DNA of 64,000 nt from Companilactobacillus sp. (GCF_022484265.1 NZ_JAKVLR010000001.1:1126783-1190782), one strand, 5' to 3'; positions 1 to 10,037 are shown, counted from the first letter of the stretch. A program made the numbers and translations. Notes: a model not told the origin generated them from the letters alone.

Positions 1-1
1 C

Positions 2-715
2 ATTCCTTTCATTCAAAAAATCTATCCAGTCAGCTTGGCAATGAATCCGCTCAAGCTTCCCGACTACTCGATCATTACTAAGGATAATGCTGATGTACGA
101 GCTAGTCTGACTCTCAATTATCATGTAACTGATGCGGTTAAATATCGTTATGAAAATACTGACTCCGTTGAATCAATGTCACAACTAGTCCGTGGACACT
201 TGCGTGACATCATTGGCCGTATGGACTTGAACCAAGCCTTGGGTTCAACTTCGAAGATCAACCAAGAACTTGCCAGTGCCATCGGCGACTTAACTAACAC
301 TTACGGTATCAATGTCGATCGAATCAATATTGACGAATTAAAACCTACTGCTTCAATTCAAGATTCCATGGATAAGCAATTAAAGGCTGACCGTGAAAGA
401 ATCGCTGCAATTGCTAAAGCTGAAGGTGAAGCCAAGAGTATCGAGTTAACTACTAAGGCTAAAAATGACGCTTTGATCGCCACCGCCAATGCCCAAGCTA
501 AAGCAACTAGAACTAAAGCTGATGCTGAACGTTACCGGATCGAACAAATGAACGACAGTTTGAACAACGCTAAGGCTGGCTATTTCCAAAACCAGTCGAT
601 CAACGCATTTAGCGAATTGGCAAATTCCAGTTCTAATACAGTAGTAGTTTCTGGCGAAAATATTGGCGAATTAGGCAAAATTCCAGTAATTAAGAAAATG
701 CTTGAAAATAGCTAA
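2..715 (+). CDS. SPFH/band-7 (stomatin/prohibitin-like) domain protein, 5' end cut by window edge
   Basis: The frame is open from nt 2 (IPFIQKIYPVSLAMNPLKLPDY...). An SPFH-like core is followed by an Ala/Lys/Glu-rich coiled-coil tail. Confidence 0.7.
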   Translation: MPFIQKIYPVSLAMNPLKLPDYSIITKDNADVRASLTLNYHVTDAVKYRYENTDSVESMSQLVRGHLRDIIGRMDLNQALGSTSKINQELASAIGDLTNTYGINVDRINIDELKPTASIQDSMDKQLKADRERIAAIAKAEGEAKSIELTTKAKNDALIATANAQAKATRTKADAERYRIEQMNDSLNNAKAGYFQNQSINAFSELANSSSNTVVVSGENIGELGKIPVIKKMLENS

Positions 716-738
716 AAAAATAGCGGCTCAATGAGCTG

Positions 739-1392
739 CTATTTTTGTATCGTTAAAATTTCGTCAGTTGGTGCTCGTTTTGTTAGGATGCGGTTTAAAT
801 CACTGTCATCCGCATATCCTAAGGCAATACCGATAATTATTTTTTGGTCCTGAGGAATCTCCAAAATTTTTCGAATATCATCAGGATATTTAATTAATTG
901 ATAAGCCGGCATGGAGTCAACTCCGTATTCCTTTGCAGCTAACATCAAATTTTCCGAGAATGCTCCGGCATCAAAGATGGTAAATTCACTGGCATTAGCT
1001 TCCACTGTCACCCAAGCGACTGCTGGTGCAAAAAAGAAGTTGTGATTAGCATCCTTTAGGGCTCGATCTGCACCGTCACTAGTGATAAAAGCAGAATGGA
1101 CTGACTTCTCCCACTCTTCGATGTTTGCTTTCGACAATTCTGAGCGGTCAGAGGAATGTGGAACAGTCAATTCTGGCTCTCCCTTTTTCCCATCACGTTC
1201 ATTTTGCTTTGAGATTTCTTTGATCTGATCCAATTTATTTTCTTTAGCAACATACACGTGCCAAGGTTGCGCGTTTTGCCAAGAAGGCGCCCGTTTAGCA
1301 TCGGTGATAATTTCCTTGATCAGCTTGTCTGTAACTTCCTTATTAGTAAATGTCCTAACAGATCTGCGACGATAAATGATACTATTTTTCAT
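739..1392 (-). CDS. nitroreductase family protein (NAD(P)H-flavin oxidoreductase fold)
   Basis: 217 aa. The N-terminus RRSVRTF..., the APSWQNAQPW motif and the length are typical of the nitroreductase family. Confidence 0.7.
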   Translation of the reverse strand: MKNSIIYRRRSVRTFTNKEVTDKLIKEIITDAKRAPSWQNAQPWHVYVAKENKLDQIKEISKQNERDGKKGEPELTVPHSSDRSELSKANIEEWEKSVHSAFITSDGADRALKDANHNFFFAPAVAWVTVEANASEFTIFDAGAFSENLMLAAKEYGVDSMPAYQLIKYPDDIRKILEIPQDQKIIIGIALGYADDSDLNRILTKRAPTDEILTIQK

Positions 1393-1570
1393 TAAAAACT
1401 CATCTCTCCATTCAAAAAATGTTTAAGTTTTAAGTATTGAGGTTTTACGGTCTTAAGTATAATCGCAATTATATTATTAGCAAACTTTCGAATTGATTTC
1501 GTAATCATATTTCTGTGTTTTTTTATCAATTTACTCTATAATTATTTCGTAAAAGGAAGGTGTGAATTTT

Positions 1571-2065
1571 ATGGATGTGACATTTAAAGGCGAGGCAGTT
1601 TCTACAGTAGGTCAACCACCGCTAGTTGGTGACGTTTTCCCTGATTTTACTGTGACTGATAAGGATGGAAATAAAGTTGAGTTGTCTAGTTTGTTGGACA
1701 AGCCAGTCTTGATCAGTGTAGTTCCTGATATCAATACCAGCGTTTGCAGTCTTCAAACAAAGAAATTCAACAGTGAGGTCGATGGTCATACCGAGATCAA
1801 CTTTGTGACTATTTCAAAGAATACTGTTGAAGAGCAAAGTCATTGGTGTGCAGCCGAAGGCGTTAAGAACATGAAGATGCTTTCAGATGCTGACCATGAC
1901 TTTGGTAACAAAACTGGTCTATTGATCGATTCATTAGGTATTTTAGCTCGTTCAGTTTGGGTAGTTGATAAGAACAAACAAATCCTCTACTCAGAAATAT
2001 TGAAGGAAGAAACTAATGAACCTTCATATGACAAGGTTCTGGATCAAATCAACGAAATGAACTAA
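1571..2065 (+). CDS. tpx: thiol peroxidase (atypical 2-Cys peroxiredoxin)
   Basis: VTFKGEAV...PDINTSVCSLQTKKFN is Tpx-like. The ATG at 1571 is preferred over the GTG at 1562 because AAGGAAGG (1553-1560) abuts the GTG. Confidence 0.8.
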   Translation: MDVTFKGEAVSTVGQPPLVGDVFPDFTVTDKDGNKVELSSLLDKPVLISVVPDINTSVCSLQTKKFNSEVDGHTEINFVTISKNTVEEQSHWCAAEGVKNMKMLSDADHDFGNKTGLLIDSLGILARSVWVVDKNKQILYSEILKEETNEPSYDKVLDQINEMN

Positions 2066-2146
2066 TCAACTAAAGTTGATAAGGACTTTTTCAAAGGATC
2101 ATCCCTTGTTGGTATGATTCTTTTTCTTTTGGTAATCTCTAGATAA

Positions 2147-2174
2147 TTGATTTGAATTCCTGAATAACTATAGT
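2147..2174 (+). promoter_or_regulatory. orphan sigma-A-like promoter candidate (TTGATT-16-TATAGT)
   Basis: Read directly from the sequence. No ORF follows before the terminator at 2254-2281. Confidence 0.3.
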
Positions 2175-2253
2175 GTGTCCATAAACGGCAGAAACCACAG
2201 GTTGCACCCTGTGACCTCAATCAATCTTTCACTATATGGATAGTTTTACGGTG

Positions 2254-2281
2254 AGACTAATCTAAATGATTAGTCTTTTTT
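2254..2281 (+). terminator. rho-independent terminator
   Basis: AGACTAATC-taaat-GATTAGTCT followed by TTTTTT. Confidence 0.6.
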
Positions 2282-2332
2282 AGTACACCATAATCTTTAT
2301 CTCAAATTCTAAAGTCAAACAAACAAGACAAC

Positions 2333-2384
2333 AAAAAATGTTCAAAGTTTCCTTTTTAATAGGAAATACTTTGAACATTTTTTT
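2333..2384. terminator. bidirectional terminator (serves the 2450..3214 gene on the minus strand)
   Basis: AAAAAATGTTCAAAGTTTCC...GGAAATACTTTGAACATTTTTTT: a long stem flanked by an A-run and a T-run. Confidence 0.7.
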
Positions 2385-2449
2385 AGCCGTTTCATTTATC
2401 GCTTGTTAAATGTGATTTATCGAAATTACAATTGTGAACTTTAAATAAA

Positions 2450-3214
2450 TTATCTACGACGGTGCTTAACAAATGTTACCCAGTGCAAGATCACTGCGAG
2501 TAGAACAAAGAAGATCACCACAAAACTAACATAGCTTACCCAAAAATTATTCATTGGCATAATAGCTTTGAGTGGTATTTGAATTCCCATTGTGACCAAT
2601 GCCATAACGGCAATCATGAAGAATAGTTGAATATATCTTTTCACGGTTGAATCATCCTTTTCTTGTTTTTTCGAAATCTTATGACCAAACTTTTTGCATA
2701 GCTTGATTTTCTTTTCAGGTATTTCTTTCATACCAAACGTGTTGGGTAATACTAATTCCCCGACTTTGATAACCCCTGCTGCTGACATGACACGATCAAT
2801 GGTCTTGAAGGTCTCGTCAGTAATTCCGGTTAAAAAGTTTTCAGTCGTACTCATGTAGCACGATGAAATACTCATGTAATGCTTATCTTTGAATGGTCCA
2901 GGGATCGTATCGCCATTATCTTTGAAGTAGACGAACTTTGGACGCATGCAGTCAAAGAAATTTTTTAAAAGGCCTGGACATTCGCGCCAATAAGTTGGAG
3001 CAGAAAACACCCAAACATCGCTCTCCATTAGCTTATTTGCTAATTCATCGAGGACTGGATTTTCTTCATGATACTTGTGTGGCGTAATGTTGTAATTTTC
3101 TAAATAAATTGTTTCTGTTTCGACTCCCGAGTCAACATTATCGAGAACATGCTCTAACATTTGGGCATTAAGGCCATGTTCCTTATGTGACGCTAATATA
3201 CCTAATATTTTCAT
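2450..3214 (-). CDS. flavodoxin-like fold NAD(P)H-dependent oxidoreductase with C-terminal membrane anchor
   Basis: N-terminus MKILGILASHK... and the SAPTYW motif fit the flavodoxin_2/FMN-reductase type. The last ~60 aa form two hydrophobic helices. Confidence 0.55.
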   Translation of the reverse strand: MKILGILASHKEHGLNAQMLEHVLDNVDSGVETETIYLENYNITPHKYHEENPVLDELANKLMESDVWVFSAPTYWRECPGLLKNFFDCMRPKFVYFKDNGDTIPGPFKDKHYMSISSCYMSTTENFLTGITDETFKTIDRVMSAAGVIKVGELVLPNTFGMKEIPEKKIKLCKKFGHKISKKQEKDDSTVKRYIQLFFMIAVMALVTMGIQIPLKAIMPMNNFWVSYVSFVVIFFVLLAVILHWVTFVKHRRR

Positions 3215-3305
3215 ATTACCCTCCTAGGTTTAATTATAACGATATTCTTATTACTAGCAAAATAGAATTTTTGTTGTTAAAGTAAAGATAATGGGAGGTA
3301 TTGTT

Positions 3306-3941
3306 ATGAAAGTACTTATTATTGGAGCACATGGCAAAGTTGGACATTTATTAATTGGCGAATTACAATCACACAATATTGATTTTGTGGCGGGTTTGCG
3401 CAGCGAGGAACAAATTAAGGCTTATCAAGCTAACAACATCCCTACACAATACATCGACTTGACTGGTTCATTAGACGACATCCACGACTCGATCATCGCA
3501 TCTGGTGCGGACGTTCTCGTCTTCACTGCCGGTGCTGGTGGCGCTGGTTACGACTTAACAATGGAAATCGACCTAGATGGTGCGATCAAGACGATGATGG
3601 TTGCTGAAGCAGCTGGCATCAAACGTTATATCATGGTCAGTGCAATGTACAGCGAAGACCGCAGCAAGTGGGAAGCATCAGGCATTAGACCTTACTACAT
3701 TGCTAAACACTACGCTGATGAACATCTTCGTGGAACTGACCTCGATTACACGATCTTACATCCAGGCTTGTTAACTGATGAAGAATCAGTTGGCAAGATC
3801 AAGTTGTCTAAAGACGGCGGATCCGTACCTCGTATCGATGTTGCTAAAACTATCGTTCAAGCAATCGAAACACCTTCAACAATTAAAAAAGAATATGAAT
3901 TTGCTAGTGGCGACGAGCCAATCGCAAATGTTATCAAGTAA
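3306..3941 (+). CDS. NAD(P)H-binding atypical SDR (NmrA/YhfK-like) oxidoreductase
   Basis: MKVLIIGAHGKVG is a Rossmann motif. RBS GGGAGG lies at 3293-3299. The protein is 211 aa. Confidence 0.65.
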   Translation: MKVLIIGAHGKVGHLLIGELQSHNIDFVAGLRSEEQIKAYQANNIPTQYIDLTGSLDDIHDSIIASGADVLVFTAGAGGAGYDLTMEIDLDGAIKTMMVAEAAGIKRYIMVSAMYSEDRSKWEASGIRPYYIAKHYADEHLRGTDLDYTILHPGLLTDEESVGKIKLSKDGGSVPRIDVAKTIVQAIETPSTIKKEYEFASGDEPIANVIK

Positions 3942-4008
3942 TTAAAATAAGGCTATCTCTATTCGTCAATGACGTTTAGAAATAGCCTTTTTTGATTGAA
4001 AAATTTTT

Positions 4009-5079
4009 TTACAGTTCGATCAAGTCATGCGAGATGCTGATCATGTTTTCAAATCCATCTTCCGTAACTAATCCTTGGTCTTCCAAACGAATACCGCCCC
4101 AACCAGGAATGTAAATGCCTGGTTCGACTGTTAAAACAGTATTTGCATCGATCAGATCATCATAGTCGACAGCTAATAACGGTTCTTCGTGCACGAATAG
4201 TCCGATGCTGTGTCCAATCTTGTTATAAGTTAGTGGACCGTATTCGGTACCTTCCAATGGTTTGAGGGATTCAGGATAAGTATCTTTGTAATTGACTCCT
4301 GCCTTCAACATTTTTTCAACTGCTTCAAGGCTTTGGCGAGTATAGTTATAAACTTCCTTTTGCTTGTCAGTTGCCTTGCCGACCACAATTGTTCTTGTCA
4401 TATCTGACATATAACCCTTGTACTGGCAGCCAAAGTCCATCAAAACTAAGTCCCCATATTCAATTGCCTTGCTGTCAGAAATTCCGTGCAGCAATGAAGT
4501 CTTCGTTCCCGAAATCAGAATATTTCCGTAAGGCTGGTTGTCGGCCCCCTCTTGCGTCATGTAGAGAGCCAGTCTCATGGCCAATTCCTTTTCGGTCGCA
4601 CCAACGTGAATGTCTTCGAGAATTCTGTGATAAGCTCGACAAGAAATCTCACAAGCAATTCGAGCGTATTCGATTTCTTGTGGCGATTTGATAACTCGCA
4701 TCCGGTCAATGATGCCACCAGCTTGAACTAATTCTGCGTGAACTTTATTTTTGAAGTCGGCGTACATGTCGTAAGTCAAATAATCGTCTTCAAAAGCAAT
4801 TGACTTAATGTTATGATCAGCAACTACCTTGGCAACCGAATCGCCCACTGTTTTACCAGGAAAACGCCAGTTGATGATCTCATAATCGGGAATTTCTAAC
4901 TCAGCTTGTTCAGTGTAGCGTGGGTCGGTGAAGAAATATTGACCATCTTTAGTTAATAGCAAATAGGAATCGTCTCCAGTCCAACCACTCGTGAAACGGA
5001 TATTTTCCCGTTTAGCCATAAAGAAAGCATCCAAATTCTCTTTTTTCAAATATTCGCGGATCTTTGATTCATTTAACAT
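4009..5079 (-). CDS. M24 family Xaa-Pro aminopeptidase/dipeptidase
   Basis: 356 aa with a creatinase-like N-domain and a pita-bread domain. Metal-ligand context is DFGCQYKGYMSDMTRT...HSIGL...EPG...RLED. Confidence 0.8.
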   Translation of the reverse strand: MLNESKIREYLKKENLDAFFMAKRENIRFTSGWTGDDSYLLLTKDGQYFFTDPRYTEQAELEIPDYEIINWRFPGKTVGDSVAKVVADHNIKSIAFEDDYLTYDMYADFKNKVHAELVQAGGIIDRMRVIKSPQEIEYARIACEISCRAYHRILEDIHVGATEKELAMRLALYMTQEGADNQPYGNILISGTKTSLLHGISDSKAIEYGDLVLMDFGCQYKGYMSDMTRTIVVGKATDKQKEVYNYTRQSLEAVEKMLKAGVNYKDTYPESLKPLEGTEYGPLTYNKIGHSIGLFVHEEPLLAVDYDDLIDANTVLTVEPGIYIPGWGGIRLEDQGLVTEDGFENMISISHDLIEL

Positions 5080-5119
5080 GTTTACATATCCCCTTGGTCC
5101 AATTTTTTAAAAAACCGAT

Positions 5120-6004
5120 TTAGTCATTTTCATCTAACCACTTAGTTAAAATTTGTTCGTACTTGGCATTTTCTTCAACGAATGGCATGTGGCGGCTGTG
5201 CGCAAATAGTTCCCATTTTGAATTAGGAATACCATCATACATAGTTTTTGCAATCAACGGCGTACATAAATCGTTGATGCCACTGGTGATCAAAGTTGGT
5301 ACCTGAATATCTTTCATCTGGTCTAAATAATCATAATCTCTCAAAGTTCCTTCAGGCGAGTATTCATTCGGACCCCAAGCAGTCAGATAACTTTCGGTTC
5401 CAGCTACTTTCTTTCGTCTCAGCGGTTCAGGCGAATTTGCGGTTGGCGTAGCGGCCGCGTGTTGTTCCATATACAAGGCGTTTGCTTTGATGTATGCCGG
5501 ATCATTGTAGTTGCCAGTCTGTTCTGCTTTTTTAATGGCAGCCTTATCCTCTGGCGACATAAAATTATTGATCATTCGATGTTGCTCTTGTGCCCAGAGT
5601 TTCGCTGACGGCAACGTTCCTGACAAGATCAAGCTCTTGATACCTTTGGGGTGGTAATCACACATGTAGATGAAGGCCAACATGCCGCCCCACGACTGCC
5701 CCAACAAGTGGATCTCATCTAAATCAAGATAGTCCCTCAGTTGAATTAGTTCGTTCGCCCACGTCTCTTTTTTCCAAAGCGAAGGGTTAGACGGAACTGC
5801 CGACTTACCACAGCCTAACTGGTCATACATGATGATCTGTCGGCCGTCGACTGCCATATTATCTAAAAGTTCAAAATAATTATGAGTTGAACCTGGTCCA
5901 CCATGCAGTAAAACTAGTGGTTTCTTGTTATTTTCTTGTTTGCCAACGATCCGATAATACGTCTGGTATCCCAGATATGGCATGTAACCTTCTTGGACCT
6001 GCAA
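5120..6004 (-). CDS. proline iminopeptidase-family alpha/beta hydrolase
   Basis: 294 aa. HGGPGSTHNYFE and the GQSWGG nucleophile elbow are typical of lactobacillal PepI/PepR/PepL-type prolyl peptidases. Confidence 0.75.
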   Translation of the reverse strand: MQVQEGYMPYLGYQTYYRIVGKQENNKKPLVLLHGGPGSTHNYFELLDNMAVDGRQIIMYDQLGCGKSAVPSNPSLWKKETWANELIQLRDYLDLDEIHLLGQSWGGMLAFIYMCDYHPKGIKSLILSGTLPSAKLWAQEQHRMINNFMSPEDKAAIKKAEQTGNYNDPAYIKANALYMEQHAAATPTANSPEPLRRKKVAGTESYLTAWGPNEYSPEGTLRDYDYLDQMKDIQVPTLITSGINDLCTPLIAKTMYDGIPNSKWELFAHSRHMPFVEENAKYEQILTKWLDEND

Positions 6005-6242
6005 TTTGTCACCCTCTAAATTGGATTTCTAACAATGCTGATAATGGTGCATCTGAATTTAAGTGTACATTTTACAAATATTTTTGTAAACGATGCCAAT
6101 TTTTCAAGTATTCTGTATCATAAACGTGCAACCAAACATAAATACCTCCGCCTAACTACAAAAAGGTATCTAATTCAAAAAAACGAATTAGATACCTTCT
6201 TTAGGTTATGTTCGAGATTTGACCATGTTTTGTCGCACTCTA

Positions 6243-7094
6243 CTAGTTATCATTAAATTTACCCATAATTTCAAGCGTTGGCTGAATGTTGATAAAAGCA
6301 TTCGGATCCATTTTATTGACGGTCTTTTTAACGAAGAATAATTGATACTTGGTCAAAACCATCGTCATCGAACCGATTTGCTCGCCTGAGTATGCTCCGG
6401 TCAAATTGTAGTCGATCGTGATACCACGGTTCAAACTGTCCAACAGCTTCTTAGCTATTTCGTCGATCATGTGCGAATAAACTGTTACAGTGATCTTTTG
6501 TTGTTGGATATACATTCGGTCGATCACAATGTTTGTGATAAAAATCGAGACGATACTGTATAGTGCTAATTCCCAACCGAAGACAAATCCAGCAATCAAG
6601 ACAATGATTCCATTAACGATAAATCCTAATTGTCCAACTGTCCCACCATGATTTTTTTGAATAATCAAGGCGATAATATCAGTTCCACCAGCAGAAAATC
6701 CGTAGCGGAACACTAGTCCGGAACCAATTCCCACTAAGACTCCACCAAAGATGGAAGCTAGCATTGGGTCATGTGTGATTGGATGTAACGGTATGAATAA
6801 AATCAAGATTGAAGCTGAGGCAATCGACAGAAGCGATAGAACGGTAAATCTTTTTCCTAGTTTCAACCAAGCCAATATTATCAGCGGTACGTTAATCAAG
6901 AAATACCAGAAATAGACCTCAGTGTTAAAGTTGGTCGCTTTATAGATCAGGTTGACGACTAACTGTGCCGCACCCATTGTCCCCACGGTATAAATTTTTG
7001 ACGGCTGCAGCAAAAGCTGAACTCCTAATGCCGAAGTTAAACCGTATAAAATTGCGGCTGCAATTTTTTCTGAATAGTCTTTAAATAAGGACAT
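6243..7094 (-). CDS. YitT family membrane protein (DUF161 + DUF2179), paralog 1
   Basis: Start moved to MSLFKDYSEK (ATG 7094) behind a GGGGGTG RBS. 283 aa, collinear with the neighbouring paralog. Confidence 0.7.
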   Translation of the reverse strand: MSLFKDYSEKIAAAILYGLTSALGVQLLLQPSKIYTVGTMGAAQLVVNLIYKATNFNTEVYFWYFLINVPLIILAWLKLGKRFTVLSLLSIASASILILFIPLHPITHDPMLASIFGGVLVGIGSGLVFRYGFSAGGTDIIALIIQKNHGGTVGQLGFIVNGIIVLIAGFVFGWELALYSIVSIFITNIVIDRMYIQQQKITVTVYSHMIDEIAKKLLDSLNRGITIDYNLTGAYSGEQIGSMTMVLTKYQLFFVKKTVNKMDPNAFINIQPTLEIMGKFNDN

Positions 7095-7247
7095 ACCAGC
7101 ACCCCCATAACGAGCGAAATAATAAATATATTGTTGCCTTAAAATCAATGTATCTATTATTGACCGATAATTCAATGATAATTCAGAAAATTTACGGTTA
7201 AAAAAAAGAATCTAATCCTAATTTGGATCAGATCCTATTTTGTCTAA

Positions 7248-8099
7248 TTAATTATCGCTGAATTTACCCATAATACCAATGGTTGGCTGGATATTGATAA
7301 AGGCAGTCGGATCGACTTTTTTCACAGTTTGTTTGACAAAGAATAGTTGATACTTCGTCAAGACCATGGTCATCGAACCAATTTGTTCGCCTGAATAAGC
7401 ACCCGTCAAATTGTGATCCAAGGTAATACCACGGTTTAATGTCTTCAATAGTTCTTTGGAGATGTCATCAATGTGGTGCGAGTAGATAATGACGGTGATC
7501 TTCTGTTGCTGGATGTACATTCGGTCGATCACGATATTAGTTACAAAAATCGAGATGATTGTGTAAAGAGCTAGCTCCCAACCGAAGACGATTCCGGCAA
7601 TAAAAACGATCACGGCATTCACGGTAAATGCCACTTGTCCGACTGTTCCACCACGACTCTTTTGAATAATCAAAGCGATGATATCAGTTCCACCAGTCGA
7701 GAATCCGTAACGGAAACAGATTCCAGAACCAACACCGACCATGGCGCCACCGAAGATCGATGCTAACATTGGATCATCAGTTATTGGATGCAGCGGAATG
7801 AATAAGATAAAAATTGATGCGGCAGCAATTGAAACTAGTGATAAGACAGTAAACTTCTTGCCTAATTTTTTCCAAGATAGAATTATTAATGGCACGTTCA
7901 ACAAGAAGTACCAAAGATAAACTTCAGTATTCAGATGTGAGAATTTGTTGATCAAGTTTACGACCAACTGTGCGGCACCCATGACGCCACTGGTATAAAT
8001 CTTCGCCGGCTGCAATAGTAATTGGATACCGATTGCAGACGTTATCCCGTAAAATATCGCTGCAAAAATTTTTTTCGAATATTCTTTAAATACAGCCAT
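7248..8099 (-). CDS. YitT family membrane protein (DUF161 + DUF2179), paralog 2
   Basis: Start at MAVFKEYSKK (ATG 8099) behind a GGGGGTGG RBS. 283 aa, with most aligned positions identical to paralog 1 by eye. Confidence 0.7.
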   Translation of the reverse strand: MAVFKEYSKKIFAAIFYGITSAIGIQLLLQPAKIYTSGVMGAAQLVVNLINKFSHLNTEVYLWYFLLNVPLIILSWKKLGKKFTVLSLVSIAAASIFILFIPLHPITDDPMLASIFGGAMVGVGSGICFRYGFSTGGTDIIALIIQKSRGGTVGQVAFTVNAVIVFIAGIVFGWELALYTIISIFVTNIVIDRMYIQQQKITVIIYSHHIDDISKELLKTLNRGITLDHNLTGAYSGEQIGSMTMVLTKYQLFFVKQTVKKVDPTAFINIQPTIGIMGKFSDN

Positions 8100-8288
8100 G
8101 GCAGCCACCCCCAAAATTCAATATTAAAAATTATATAACATTACAATATTAATTCATACATAATACTTTCAAATGTCGTTAAATAACCAGTCATCAGATA
8201 TTTCTGAGTAAGCGTAATACATGTATCAGCCATTTTTCAATGTTAAACTGAAATTAATTAATCAATGATTTTATAAGGAGACATAACT

Positions 8289-9155
8289 ATGAAAAAAATT
8301 GGTTTTATTGGAACTGGCGTTATGGGCAGTGGCATTATCAATAACTTGTTAAAAGCTAACTACGATGTTTCTGTATATACGAGAACTGAATCCAAAGCTG
8401 AACCTTTACTTAAAGAAGGCGCTAAATGGTTCAACAGTCCCAAAGATCTTACGGAAAATGTTGATATCATCTTTACTATGGTTGGTTTTCCACAAGATGT
8501 CAAAGATGTTTACTTAGACCCACAGACTGGCGTTTTCACGAGCCTAAAGGCTGGGCAAATGATTGTTGATATGACGACTAGCACCCCTACTCTTGCCAAA
8601 GAATTGGGTGAAAAAGCTGAAAAAATGAACGTTGAATGTCTAGATGCTCCGGTATCAGGTGGCGACGTTGGTGCTAGAGATGGCAAACTGACCATTATGG
8701 TTGGAGGCTCTCAAAAGGCTTACGACGAATTGATTCCCTTATTTAAAGTTATCGGTCAATCTTATCACCGCTTTGGTTCATACGGCGCTGGCCAACACAC
8801 CAAAATGGCGAACCAGATCATGATTGCCGGTACCATGACCGGACTAACTGAGATGCTAGTTTATGCCAAAGCTGCTGGGCTCGACTTACCTGACGTCTTG
8901 AAGACTCTCGAAGGTGGCGGAGCCGACAACTGGAGCATGGAAAACTACGTCCCACGAATTTTAAATGGCGACTTCAAACCAGGCTTCTTCTCAAAACATT
9001 TCTTAAAAGATCTCCGAATCGCACTTGAAGAAAGCGAGAAGATGGGACTAGATTTACCAGCCACAAAACAAGCCAAAGCATTGTATGAAAAATTAGTGGA
9101 CGACAAAGGTCTCGGAAACGATGGAACTCAAGCTTTAGTTAAACTTTGGTGGTAA
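8289..9155 (+). CDS. NAD(P)-dependent beta-hydroxyacid dehydrogenase family oxidoreductase (3-hydroxyisobutyrate/2-hydroxy-3-oxopropionate reductase-like)
   Basis: 288 aa with a GFIGTGVMG Rossmann motif and a C-terminal 6PGDH-like helical domain. Confidence 0.75.
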   Translation: MKKIGFIGTGVMGSGIINNLLKANYDVSVYTRTESKAEPLLKEGAKWFNSPKDLTENVDIIFTMVGFPQDVKDVYLDPQTGVFTSLKAGQMIVDMTTSTPTLAKELGEKAEKMNVECLDAPVSGGDVGARDGKLTIMVGGSQKAYDELIPLFKVIGQSYHRFGSYGAGQHTKMANQIMIAGTMTGLTEMLVYAKAAGLDLPDVLKTLEGGGADNWSMENYVPRILNGDFKPGFFSKHFLKDLRIALEESEKMGLDLPATKQAKALYEKLVDDKGLGNDGTQALVKLWW

Positions 9156-9210
9156 AAAAATATGGAGCACATCGAATAATTGAACTATTCGAACAGTGCT
9201 CCATTTTTTT
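9154..9210. terminator. bidirectional terminator between convergent genes
   Basis: ATGGAGCAC...GTGCTCCAT outer stem with an inner TCGAATA/TATTCGA stem, flanked by an A-run and a T-run. Confidence 0.7.
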
Positions 9211-9634
9211 ATTCCACAGCAAGTGTTTTTTCAAAACGATTATTTTCTCCACGTTGTGCTAAACACATCAATATAATCAGTAAAATATAACCAACGCCAG
9301 GTACCACTAACCAGAGCATCCACCAAGCGCGTAAGTTTAAATCGTGCAAACGGCGAATTGCCGCATTATAAATTGCAATAAAATAGTAGCCAAATGCCAT
9401 CGCCATCGCTACGCCGATCACAGCACTCCAGTAAACTTCAGAGATTGGCATCAAGGTTACGACCCAGCCTAATAAGGCAATCAAGACAGCAAAGAAAATC
9501 GTTGTGCCTAAATAACCCCACCAGAAATCAGCGCGTCCCATGCGTTTGGCACCGACAAATAAGTCTTGAAAAAATAGTTTTGTTGAAGCGATTAAACCTG
9601 GTTTGTTAGTTTCATTCCAATTAGTTTTTTCCAT
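9209..9634 (-). CDS. DUF805 family membrane protein
   Basis: 141 aa with four hydrophobic segments. The RRLHDLNLRAWW motif is characteristic of DUF805/YhaH-like proteins. Confidence 0.6.
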   Translation of the reverse strand: MEKTNWNETNKPGLIASTKLFFQDLFVGAKRMGRADFWWGYLGTTIFFAVLIALLGWVVTLMPISEVYWSAVIGVAMAMAFGYYFIAIYNAAIRRLHDLNLRAWWMLWLVVPGVGYILLIILMCLAQRGENNRFEKTLAVE

Positions 9635-9643
9635 AATTACCTC

Positions 9644-9985
9644 TTAAATTATTATCCCGAGTAAAAATCCGAGTAGTCCAAATAAATATGAAGAACAGAA
9701 ATATAAGAAACACACTATGTAGCGCTTTTGAAACCACAGTTGGCTTAACTCATAGTTAAATGTTCCAAAAGTAGTAAAGCCGCCGCAAATTCCGGTTCCT
9801 AAAAAGACTAATAAGGCCTTGTTTACAATTTTAGCAGTTAACATCCCTAAAACAAATGATCCGACCACATTTATTATCAATGTCATCCAAGGAAAATCAA
9901 TTGGAATTTTTCGCGACAATCCAGTCAATTCATTTCTGGCAGTCGCCCCGATCGTTGCCCCTAAGGCAACCAGCACAATATTCAT
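9644..9985 (-). CDS. crcB: fluoride channel subunit CrcB/Fluc
   Basis: 113 aa with four TM segments and a GGFTTFGTF motif. Confidence 0.8.
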   Translation of the reverse strand: MNIVLVALGATIGATARNELTGLSRKIPIDFPWMTLIINVVGSFVLGMLTAKIVNKALLVFLGTGICGGFTTFGTFNYELSQLWFQKRYIVCFLYFCSSYLFGLLGFLLGIII

Positions 9986-10025
9986 CTAAAATGTTTCCTC
10001 CTTGAGTACTTTTAGGTACCTATCC

Positions 10026-10037
10026 CACTTTAAAGTG
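10026..10037. promoter_or_regulatory. perfect 12-bp palindrome CACTTTAAAGTG upstream of the MFS promoter, candidate HxlR operator
   Basis: It lies 5 bp upstream of a TTGTGA-16-TATAAT promoter (10043-10070) in the crcB/MFS divergent region. Confidence 0.3.

Noticed and set aside
4371-4691. Antisense or out-of-frame ORFs nested in well-supported genes. Examples are 4371..4691, 5887..6123, 8510..8695, 10251..10538, 12682..12912, 13273..13567, 25213..25647, 26293..26949, 29037..29342, 38333..38635, 40555..40863, 43733..44184 and 51701..52177.
   Set aside because: Each overlaps a longer ORF with clear family motifs. They show odd composition and no RBS, so I consider them spurious.
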